64,000 nucleotides of DNA from an uncultured Bacteroidales bacterium. Lineage in GTDB: Bacteria; Bacteroidota; Bacteroidia; Bacteroidales; UBA10428. A program made the position numbers and the translations under genes. The stretch spans positions 8,316 to 72,315 of the forward strand of contig CAYWUI010000005.1 of the NCBI GenBank assembly GCA_964461435.1. The letters run 5' to 3'. Numbering within the stretch: position 1 is the stretch's first letter; each line of letters begins with the position of its first letter. Below are positions 38,164 through 46,428 of the stretch, piece by piece. The notes beneath the pieces are model-generated. The model saw only the letters and a list, made by a program, of their open reading frames with translations, was not told the origin of the DNA and made no database searches.

Positions 38164-38853
38164 ATGGCAAAAAAGAAAACTTCTGCAGATATTAGTTTTG
38201 AGAATGTTGAAAATGTCCTTAGCAAAACTGAAAAATATATAGAGGAGAACCAGAAGAGTCTGACAATAATAGTACTTGTCATTGCATTGATTACGGGTGC
38301 TTATCTGGGTTATAAGAAATTATACCTTGCCCCGACTGAACTGGAGGCACAATCGGAAATGTATGTTGCTGAGAAATACTTTGAAAAGGACTCCTTCCGG
38401 CTAGCTCTGGAAGGTGATGGAAGCTACATGGGATTTATAGATATAATAGATGAATATGGAATAACAAAATGTGCTAATCTGGCAAATTATTATGCAGGTA
38501 TCTGTTATTTTAAATTAGGGGAATACGAAGAAGCCATAGAATGTCTCAAAAAGTTTGAATCCGATGATATAATGGTTGAAACAGTGGCAATGGGAGCTAT
38601 TGGGGATTCCTATGTTGAGTTGCGGGAACTTGAAAAGGCTGTTGAATTTTATATGAAGGCTGCTGAACGTAAAAAGAACGATTTTACATCTGCATTATTC
38701 TTAAAGAAGGCGGGAATAGTTTATGAAGAACTTAACAATTATAAAAAGGCACTGGAAGTTTATGAAAGAATTGAAACCCAGTTTCCAAAATCAGAAGAAA
38801 GCAGGGACATAGAAAAGTATATTACACGCGTGAAGTTGAAGATAAAGACATAA
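38164..38853 (+). CDS. Membrane-anchored TPR protein (YfgM-like architecture)
   Basis: 229 aa with one TM helix (LTIIVLVIALITGAYLGY) followed by TPR-like repeats. Confidence 0.65.
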   Translation: MAKKKTSADISFENVENVLSKTEKYIEENQKSLTIIVLVIALITGAYLGYKKLYLAPTELEAQSEMYVAEKYFEKDSFRLALEGDGSYMGFIDIIDEYGITKCANLANYYAGICYFKLGEYEEAIECLKKFESDDIMVETVAMGAIGDSYVELRELEKAVEFYMKAAERKKNDFTSALFLKKAGIVYEELNNYKKALEVYERIETQFPKSEESRDIEKYITRVKLKIKT

Positions 38854-38868
38854 TTTATTCCGGATCTT

Positions 38869-39372
38869 ATGGCTACAAGTCTGAAGAATTTACCCGATTT
38901 TGACAGCGGCAAAGTGCCCTATGCTGAAAAAATGAAAATAGGCATTGTAGTCTCTGAATGGAACGGTGAGATAACAGAGGCTTTATATAATGGAGCATAC
39001 GGAACTTTAATCAGGTGCGGAGTAAAAGAAGGAAATATTTTTATTAAAACTGTTCCCGGCAGTTTTGAATTGACTTTGGGAGCCCAGTATTTGGCAGAAT
39101 ACGGAGAATTTGACGCAATAATATGCATAGGATGCGTAATTAAAGGCGAAACTCCCCACTTTGATTATATTTGTCAAAGTGTATCAACCGGAATCACTAA
39201 TCTTAATATCAAATACAACATTCCGTTTATATTTTGTGTTCTTACAACCAACAATATGGATCAGGCAAAAGAGAGGGCAGGAGGGAAATACGGTAATAAA
39301 GGGGATGAAGCTGCTGTAGCTGCAATAAAAATGGCTGCCCTTAATAACCAGGTGCGATTGCTGAGAGGGTAA
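38869..39372 (+). CDS. ribH: 6,7-dimethyl-8-ribityllumazine synthase
   Basis: 167 aa with [15 protein letters not shown], the G.VI.GET.HF motif and a KG.EAA C-terminal helix. Confidence 0.9.
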   Translation: MATSLKNLPDFDSGKVPYAEKMKIGIVVSEWNGEITEALYNGAYGTLIRCGVKEGNIFIKTVPGSFELTLGAQYLAEYGEFDAIICIGCVIKGETPHFDYICQSVSTGITNLNIKYNIPFIFCVLTTNNMDQAKERAGGKYGNKGDEAAVAAIKMAALNNQVRLLRG

Positions 39373-39426
39373 CAGGCACTTACAACTAAATAATCAATAA
39401 AATTTTATATTATTTGAAATTATTAA

Positions 39427-39434
39427 TATATTTG
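39427..39434 (+). promoter_or_regulatory. Candidate -7 promoter box TATATTTG of the TetR-efflux operon
   Basis: Matches TAnnTTTG, 53 nt upstream of the TetR ATG. The palindrome starts 3 nt downstream. Confidence 0.4.
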
Positions 39435-39437
39435 ACT

Positions 39438-39461
39438 ATTTGGTTTAACCAAATGGTTTAA
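39438..39461 (+). promoter_or_regulatory. Candidate TetR operator (inverted repeat ATTTGGTT-T-AACCAAAT followed by a second TGGTTTAA)
   Basis: A perfect 8-1-8 inverted repeat lies at 39438-39454. TGGTTTAA recurs at 39441-39448 and 39454-39461. The site sits between the -7 box and the TetR gene. Confidence 0.45.
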
Positions 39462-39487
39462 ATAATCAGTTAATAAATATAAATGAG

Positions 39488-40105
39488 ATGAACCGCGAAA
39501 AGTACTCTTCAGATACTGAAAATAGGATTATTAAAGCCGCAAGAAAGGTCTTTATTAAAAGCGGCATGTCAGGGGCCCGAATGCAACATATTGCAGATGA
39601 AGCTAAAATAAATAAAGCTTTGGTACACTATTATTTCAGAAGCAAGGAAAAGTTGTTTGACGCAGTATTTAGATATGCATTTTTCAGGTTTGTTCCTAAA
39701 ATTGAAAACGCACTGAACTCAGATAAGCCATTATTTGAAAAAATTGAATTATTGACCGAACAATACATGACCGTATTAATGAAAAACCAGTTTATTCCCA
39801 TGTTTGTTCTTCATGAAATAAACAGTAACCCGAAGAGGCTTTATGAACTCTTAAAACAGGTCGGGATTAATCCTGAGAAGTATGTTCAGCAAATAAAACA
39901 GCAAAAGGATAAAGGAGCTATAACAGATATAGTTCCGGAGCAATTGATTATCAACATACTATCACTTTGTGTTTTTCCGGTTGTGGCAAGACCGCTTCTT
40001 CAGAGAATGTTCTTTCAAAACGACATTAACCAGTATAAACAATTCCTGGAATCAAGAAAAAAGGAAGTACCGAAATTTGTTATCAATTCAATTAAAATAA
40101 AATAA
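39488..40105 (+). CDS. TetR/AcrR family transcriptional regulator
   Basis: 205 aa with an N-terminal HTH (AARKVFIKSGMSGARMQHIADEAKINKALVHYYFRSKE). Confidence 0.85.
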   Translation: MNREKYSSDTENRIIKAARKVFIKSGMSGARMQHIADEAKINKALVHYYFRSKEKLFDAVFRYAFFRFVPKIENALNSDKPLFEKIELLTEQYMTVLMKNQFIPMFVLHEINSNPKRLYELLKQVGINPEKYVQQIKQQKDKGAITDIVPEQLIINILSLCVFPVVARPLLQRMFFQNDINQYKQFLESRKKEVPKFVINSIKIK

Positions 40106-40106
40106 A

Positions 40107-41366
40107 ATGAAATTCTTTACCTGTGTTCTATTATTAGCCTTATCAACCCGGTGTTTCAGCCAGCAGCCGGATACCCTGACAATTTTTGAATGCTATGGGT
40201 ACGCTGTTAAAAATTATCCTGTTATAAGACAGAAAGAGTATATCGAAGATGCCCATATGAATAAAGTAAGAAACATCAACACCAGCTGGTATCCTTCCCT
40301 TGCATTTGGCGGGCAGACCAGTTACCAGTCAGATGTTACTGAAATATCTGTCCCGGGCATGAACCTTCCATCGCAACCCCATGATCAATATAAGGTTTAT
40401 CTTGAATTAAACCAGTCAATATATGATGGAGGGACAAGCAGGGCAAGCAGGAAACTGGAGAGTAATAGCTGTGAAATCGATCTCCAGCAAATAGAGGTCG
40501 AGCTAAATACCCTGAAACAAAGAATTACCGGCGTTTATTTTTCAGTACTGTTGCTCGATAAACAGCTTGAATTATTGGACCTGGCGCTTAATGAATTAAA
40601 TGAAAAGTTAATTGTCATTGAGTCCGGAATAAAGAACGGTATACTGATGCCTTCTGACAGGAGTGTTTTACAGGCAGAGATACTTAAACTCAGGCAAAGA
40701 ATTTTCGATGCGCAGCTTAGCAGGGAATCGGAATTAACATCTCTTTGTGAACTAACCGGATTACAATTGGATACAGGTGTTTATCTTAAACTTCCACTGG
40801 CGGGGCCCGTTTATGAAAGTACAGGACTAAGACCTGAGTATGAAATGTTTGAATTGCAGAAAAAGCAAATGGATATTAACAGCAAGTCACTGGCAACATT
40901 TAACAGGCCCAGATTATTTGCCTTTTCTCAGGCAGGATACGGTAAACCCGGACTTAATATGCTGAATGATGAATTTGATACGTATTATTTAATCGGACTT
41001 GGTTTTTCCTGGAATTTCTTTGACTGGGGAGAGACAAAAAGAAAGGAAAAAATTCTGGGCTCACAAAAGGATATCATCAATACTAAAATAGAAATATTTG
41101 AAAAAAACCTGAATATCCAGCTTGAAAATGAAATGGCCAATATTGAAAAATATGAAAAGTCTGCAGAAATTGACAGGCAGATAGTGAAATTAAGATCTGA
41201 AATTAAGGAGAGTTCATTTTCCCAACTGCAGAACGGTATTATCACATTTACTGATTTCCTTACTGAAATGAATGCTGAAGTCCAGGCAAAACTTGAGCTG
41301 GAAACTCATATAATATTATTACAACAATCTTTATTCAACTATTTAACCTTGAAAGGAGAAATTTAA
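40107..41366 (+). CDS. TolC-family outer-membrane efflux protein
   Basis: 419 aa with a signal peptide and two OEP-like coiled repeats. It lies in an efflux operon. Confidence 0.8.
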   Translation: MKFFTCVLLLALSTRCFSQQPDTLTIFECYGYAVKNYPVIRQKEYIEDAHMNKVRNINTSWYPSLAFGGQTSYQSDVTEISVPGMNLPSQPHDQYKVYLELNQSIYDGGTSRASRKLESNSCEIDLQQIEVELNTLKQRITGVYFSVLLLDKQLELLDLALNELNEKLIVIESGIKNGILMPSDRSVLQAEILKLRQRIFDAQLSRESELTSLCELTGLQLDTGVYLKLPLAGPVYESTGLRPEYEMFELQKKQMDINSKSLATFNRPRLFAFSQAGYGKPGLNMLNDEFDTYYLIGLGFSWNFFDWGETKRKEKILGSQKDIINTKIEIFEKNLNIQLENEMANIEKYEKSAEIDRQIVKLRSEIKESSFSQLQNGIITFTDFLTEMNAEVQAKLELETHIILLQQSLFNYLTLKGEI

Positions 41367-41368
41367 CA

Positions 41369-42292
41369 ATGACAACAATTACTAATATCTGCAAACTTCC
41401 GGGATATATTATAGTAATTTCTTTATTTCCCGTAATCATAAATTCAGGTTGCCATGGCAAAAATGATGTTGCTGATGCATACGGAAATTTTCAGTCCACA
41501 GAGGTAACAGTATCATCACAGATCCAGGGCGAATTGGTATTCCTGAATATCAGGGAGGGGCAGCATTATGATAAAGGTGAACTTGCCGGAATAGTGGATA
41601 CCATATCCTTCTCATTAAAACGTGAACAGCTCATCGCGCAGGAAAAAGTGATCAGGGCAAAAAGCAATAATATTTTGTCGCAAATAAAAATCCAGGAGGA
41701 GGAGAAAAAAAATCTTGTCAGGGAGAAAGAAAGGCTGGAAAATCTTGTTAAAGACAATGCTGCCACCCAGAAACAGATTGATGATATCATTGGCAGACTG
41801 AATGTTATGGACCTTAATATTGAATCTGTAAATCGCCAGAACACTGTCACACTGGCTGAACTGGAAGTTCTGAAAAGTGAACTCAAACAGGTTGATAACC
41901 AGATTAGCAAGTGCAAAATAATTAATCCGCTTAACGGCACCGTCATTGAAAAATATGTTGAGCAAAATGAAATAGTGGGTCCCGGACAGTCAGTATATAA
42001 AATATCCAGCCTCAGGGATATGGAATTAAAGGTCTATATTGACGGTTCGCAATTAGCTCACGTTAATATCGGGGATACTGTTACAGTTGCCATTGATACG
42101 GGTAAAAAGACCATGAAAGATTTTAACGGTATAGTAAGCTGGATTTCTTCGGAAGTTGAATTTACTCCCAGGACCATACAAACAAAGGAAGAGAGGGTTG
42201 ATATGGTATATGCCGTTAAGATACAGGTGCATAATGATGGCATGATAAAAATAGGCATGCCCGGTGAGGTATATTTTACAGGTAACTTTTAA
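41369..42292 (+). CDS. HlyD-family membrane fusion (periplasmic adaptor) protein
   Basis: 307 aa with an N-terminal anchor, a central coiled coil and barrel-sandwich motifs (I.SP..G.V, V.V..D...GKV..I). Confidence 0.8.
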   Translation: MTTITNICKLPGYIIVISLFPVIINSGCHGKNDVADAYGNFQSTEVTVSSQIQGELVFLNIREGQHYDKGELAGIVDTISFSLKREQLIAQEKVIRAKSNNILSQIKIQEEEKKNLVREKERLENLVKDNAATQKQIDDIIGRLNVMDLNIESVNRQNTVTLAELEVLKSELKQVDNQISKCKIINPLNGTVIEKYVEQNEIVGPGQSVYKISSLRDMELKVYIDGSQLAHVNIGDTVTVAIDTGKKTMKDFNGIVSWISSEVEFTPRTIQTKEERVDMVYAVKIQVHNDGMIKIGMPGEVYFTGNF

Positions 42293-42295
42293 AAT

Positions 42296-43225
42296 ATGAT
42301 TATGCATAATTACATCGAGGTTCTGAATATTTCCAAATCGTTCAAAGATGCCGGGGCTTTATATGATATCAACATTAATATTCCTGAACAATGCCTCTTC
42401 GGATTGATAGGTCCGGATGGAGCCGGCAAAACCACACTTCTGAGAATTATTACAACCTTGCTTCTGCCTGACAGGGGAATGGTACGCATAAAAGGAATGG
42501 ATGTTATAAAGTACTATAGGAAAGTAAGGACCTTCATTGGCTATATGCCCGGCAGATTCTCTCTCTACCAGGATCTGACGGTTGAAGAAAACCTGAAATT
42601 CTATGCCACTATATTCAGCACATCAATAGAAGAAAACTATCACCTTATCAGAAATGTCTATTCTCATATTGAACCTTTCAGGAAACGGCTGATCAGGAAC
42701 CTTTCGGGCGGCATGAAACAAAAACTGGCTCTTTCATGTGCACTGATTCATAATCCTGAGATACTTGTGCTTGATGAACCGACAACCGGAGTTGATGCAG
42801 TATCCAGGAATGAATTCTGGGATATTCTTAAAGCCCTTAAAAAAGAAGGAAAGACAATTATTGTATCCACTCCCTATATGAATGAGGCCGGGATGTGCGA
42901 CTATGTTGCACTTATGCACAATGGCAGGATACTGGAAATCGATATTCCCTGCAAGATCATAGAGCATTTCAGTAAAACATTGCTTGCAGTAAGAACCGGC
43001 AGCATAAATAAGCTGGTAAGTGATTTAAGACTCTATTCTGCCGATGGCAGTGCTTATTTATTCGGCCATTATGTTCATTATTGCGGTGAAAAGAAATTTA
43101 ATAAAGGAGAAATTCATAGTTACCTTGTCGAAAGGGGACATCATAACATTGAAATATTGGACATTAATGCCAATATTGAGGATTGCTTTATAACGGCAAT
43201 AGAAAATTATGATAAAACAGGATAA
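42296..43225 (+). CDS. ABC transporter ATP-binding protein
   Basis: Walker A GPDGAGKTT, signature LSGGMKQK and Walker B LVLDEPTTGVD. Confidence 0.9.
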   Translation: MIMHNYIEVLNISKSFKDAGALYDININIPEQCLFGLIGPDGAGKTTLLRIITTLLLPDRGMVRIKGMDVIKYYRKVRTFIGYMPGRFSLYQDLTVEENLKFYATIFSTSIEENYHLIRNVYSHIEPFRKRLIRNLSGGMKQKLALSCALIHNPEILVLDEPTTGVDAVSRNEFWDILKALKKEGKTIIVSTPYMNEAGMCDYVALMHNGRILEIDIPCKIIEHFSKTLLAVRTGSINKLVSDLRLYSADGSAYLFGHYVHYCGEKKFNKGEIHSYLVERGHHNIEILDINANIEDCFITAIENYDKTG

Positions 43226-43247
43226 ACAAATAAATATTTGAGAAAAT

Positions 43248-43979
43248 ATGACAAATAAGCAGGTAATTATCAGGGTAAACGGACTTGTAAAGAAGTTTGG
43301 CAGTTTTGTGGCAAACGACCACCTGACATTTGAGGTGTACAAAGGAGAAATATTCGGATTCCTGGGTGCAAACGGGGCGGGAAAGACAACAGCAATAAGG
43401 ATACTTTCAGGTTTATCATATCCTACTTCAGGAGAAATAGAAGTTGCCGGATATAATGTTTATACACAGCGCGAAAAAATAAAAAGCAATATAGGGTATA
43501 TGAGCCAGAAATTTTCTTTGTATGAAGATCTTTCTGTCAGAGAGAACATAAGGTTCTATGCAGGTATTTACGGATTATCTGATTCACAAATAAAGGGGAA
43601 GACAGATGTTTTAATTGATAAACTGGATATGCATGAGTCAGCAAATAAGCTTGTAAGAGACATACCCACGGGCTGGAGACAGAAACTCGCATTTTCTGTC
43701 GCCGTATTTCATGGACCTAAACTGGTCTTTCTTGATGAGCCCACAGGAGGAGTGGACCCCATAACACGGAGAAAATTCTGGGAACTTATATACGATACCG
43801 CAACCAGCGGCATTACTGTTTTTGTAACAACCCACTATATGGATGAAGCCGAATATTGTGACAGGATTTCCATAATGTCCGAGGGAAGAATTGAAGCCCT
43901 TGACACACCTGAAAACCTTAAAAAAAGATATTCAGCAAAAAATATGGATGAGGTTTTTCTGAAAATTGCACGTAACTAA
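43248..43979 (+). CDS. ABC transporter ATP-binding protein
   Basis: Walker A GANGAGKTT and Walker B VFLDEPTGGVD. The signature is a degenerate-looking PTGWRQK. Confidence 0.9.
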   Translation: MTNKQVIIRVNGLVKKFGSFVANDHLTFEVYKGEIFGFLGANGAGKTTAIRILSGLSYPTSGEIEVAGYNVYTQREKIKSNIGYMSQKFSLYEDLSVRENIRFYAGIYGLSDSQIKGKTDVLIDKLDMHESANKLVRDIPTGWRQKLAFSVAVFHGPKLVFLDEPTGGVDPITRRKFWELIYDTATSGITVFVTTHYMDEAEYCDRISIMSEGRIEALDTPENLKKRYSAKNMDEVFLKIARN

Positions 43980-44078
43980 TTATTAATGATTTAAAAATAG
44001 CTGACAAATGTATAAAAACTTTTAATGAACTTGATTTGGATGGTCTTTACAGGATTTTGAAAATGTAACACCAGAAAC

Positions 44079-45185
44079 ATGAAATATTTTATCGGATTTG
44101 TCAAGAAAGAATTTCTCCATATAATACGCGATTTCCGCACTTTGCTTTTATTATTCGGACTGCCCGTTATAATGATACTTGTTTTTGGCTATGTGATACG
44201 AAATGAAATAGTGGATGTAAAAGTTGCCATTCTTGATAATTCAAAGGATGAGGTGACAATGGAAATAACAAATAAGATATTATCCTCCTGTTTTTTTATC
44301 CTTAAGGAAAATATTAATAAATCCGCTGATATTGAAAAGATATTCAAAACAGGTAAGATAAAAGAGGTTATAATATTTGAACCTGGCTTTGCCAGAAAAC
44401 TTGATAAATATGGCAGTGCTGACGTACAGCTTATAGCTGATGCATCTGATCCCAATTCAGCGAGCCTTGTTGTTAATTATACGCAGGCCATAATTGCAGA
44501 TTACATTAAGGAAATTAACGGGCAGGTAAAGCAGCCCCTGCAGATAATACCAGAGGTGCGAATGATGTATAATCCCGAATTGAAAAGTGCATTTATGTTC
44601 GTTCCCGGGACAATGGCTATGATCCTCATGCTGGTGTCGGCAATGATGACGTCAATTTCCATTGTCAGGGAAAAGGAGTTTGGAACGATGGAGACCCTGC
44701 TTGTATCACCCTTAAAGCCACTGCACATTATCCTGGGTAAAGTCACACCCTATGTCCTTTTATCATTCGTCAATGCAGTAACCATTATACTTCTGGGGTA
44801 TTTTGTATTCGGACTCCCGGTGAGGGGCAGCATTTTCCTGCTACTGGCGGAGAGCATCCTGTTTATCACCCTGGCATTGTCACTGGGCATATTAATATCA
44901 ACATTCAGCAGGAGCCAGCAGGTTGCTATGTTTATTTCGATATTTACGCTAATGCTGCCGACGATATTGCTATCCGGATTTATTTTTCCGATAGAGAATA
45001 TGCCTGTTATATTGCAGTGGATAAGTTACATTGTGCCACCCAGGTACTTTATTATTATTATCAGGAATATCATGCTTAAAGGTACTGACTTCATGCATAT
45101 CTGGGTGGAGACATCTGTAATCCTGGGAATGACATTATTGTTTATTACTTTAAGTGTTGTCAAATTCAAAGCAAGGCTGGAATAA
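44079..45185 (+). CDS. ABC-2 type transporter permease
   Basis: 368 aa with an N-terminal TM helix, a large periplasmic loop, then five TM helices. The REKE.GT.E motif is typical of the YbhS/YbhR family. Confidence 0.85.
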   Translation: MKYFIGFVKKEFLHIIRDFRTLLLLFGLPVIMILVFGYVIRNEIVDVKVAILDNSKDEVTMEITNKILSSCFFILKENINKSADIEKIFKTGKIKEVIIFEPGFARKLDKYGSADVQLIADASDPNSASLVVNYTQAIIADYIKEINGQVKQPLQIIPEVRMMYNPELKSAFMFVPGTMAMILMLVSAMMTSISIVREKEFGTMETLLVSPLKPLHIILGKVTPYVLLSFVNAVTIILLGYFVFGLPVRGSIFLLLAESILFITLALSLGILISTFSRSQQVAMFISIFTLMLPTILLSGFIFPIENMPVILQWISYIVPPRYFIIIIRNIMLKGTDFMHIWVETSVILGMTLLFITLSVVKFKARLE

Positions 45186-45196
45186 AATTATAGATA

Positions 45197-46324
45197 TTGA
45201 TAATGAGAACAATAGCATTCATACTATATAAGGAATTTTTGCAGATCTTCAGGAATAAAACTATGCTGCCCATCATGTTTGTTGTTCCTGTTGTGCAGCT
45301 TATTATCCTGGTACATGCTGCAACAATGGAAATGAAACATATTGAATTGTATGTCGTGGATAATGACCTTTCGGAAACATCAGTGAAACTAATCTCCGCT
45401 TTTAGCGGCTCCCCTTTCTTTGTTCTTAAAAATGCAGGATTTTCCATGGAGGAGGCGAAATCAGCGATGCTTGAAAATGAAACAGACGCAATTCTGCATA
45501 TTCCCGTTAATTTTGAGAAGATGCTCTATTCCAGGAATAGAGCCGATATTCAGATTTTAATAGATGCAATAAACGGAATGAAAGCCGGATTAACAAATGC
45601 CTATATGTCTGCCGTATTATCAGGATTCAATAAAGAAATATTGAAAGAAAAGGGCAGTAACAGATTTATAAATGTGCACATAAAAAAAATACAGATCGAC
45701 TATGCATACTGGTATAACCCGCAACTGAATTTTAAGTTTTACATGGTCCCCGGTATCCTGGTGATCCTTGTCTCAATGATCGGACTGTTCCTGACTGCAT
45801 TAAATATAGTGAGGGAAAAGGAAGCAGGTACCATAGAGCAAATAAATGTCACTCCCATTTTGAAATACCAGCTGCTGACAGGCAAACTCGTGCCTTTCTG
45901 GATCATTGCCCTTATTGAGCTGGGCTTCGGATTGGCACTGGGAAAAATTCTATTCCACATACCTGTTGAAGGAAGTGTCCTGTTGCTTTTTTCCTTCGCG
46001 GGCCTTTTCCTGCTTGTGGTGCTTGGTATCGGACTATTAATCTCTACTATGGCCAATACACAGCAGCAGGTTATGTTCATGGTCTTCTTCTTTATGATTA
46101 CATTTATTCTTATGAGTGGAATCTTCACTCCTGAAGAAAGCATGCCTTTCTGGGCACAAAAAGTGAATTTACTGAATCCGTTTGCCTACTTTATGCGTGT
46201 TATACGCATGATCCTCCTTAAAGGATCGGGATTTAAAGAAGTATACAAAGAGTTCGCAGCAATATCTGTCTACGGTATAATCATATTAAGCCTTGCAGTA
46301 TGGCGTTATAGAAAGGTGGCCTGA
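45197..46324 (+). CDS. ABC-2 type transporter permease
   Basis: 375 aa, a paralog of the previous gene (REKEAGTIEQ). Confidence 0.85.
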   Translation: MIMRTIAFILYKEFLQIFRNKTMLPIMFVVPVVQLIILVHAATMEMKHIELYVVDNDLSETSVKLISAFSGSPFFVLKNAGFSMEEAKSAMLENETDAILHIPVNFEKMLYSRNRADIQILIDAINGMKAGLTNAYMSAVLSGFNKEILKEKGSNRFINVHIKKIQIDYAYWYNPQLNFKFYMVPGILVILVSMIGLFLTALNIVREKEAGTIEQINVTPILKYQLLTGKLVPFWIIALIELGFGLALGKILFHIPVEGSVLLLFSFAGLFLLVVLGIGLLISTMANTQQQVMFMVFFFMITFILMSGIFTPEESMPFWAQKVNLLNPFAYFMRVIRMILLKGSGFKEVYKEFAAISVYGIIILSLAVWRYRKVA

Positions 46325-46428
46325 AAGTAAATCTCTTATATTGTTTCCCTATTATTGTTTTTAAGTTTTCTTATTGATATTTTTGATGAGATTCATTGGT
46401 TTTAATTAATTAACTGAAATTTTATTCT

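Noticed and set aside
39488-46324. TetR-TolC-HlyD-ATPase-ATPase-permease-permease cluster, considered as a candidate novel system.
   Set aside because: The architecture matches the well-known YbhGFSR-type ABC-2 efflux systems, with the fused YbhF ATPase split into two genes. Apart from the operator noted separately, it is ordinary.
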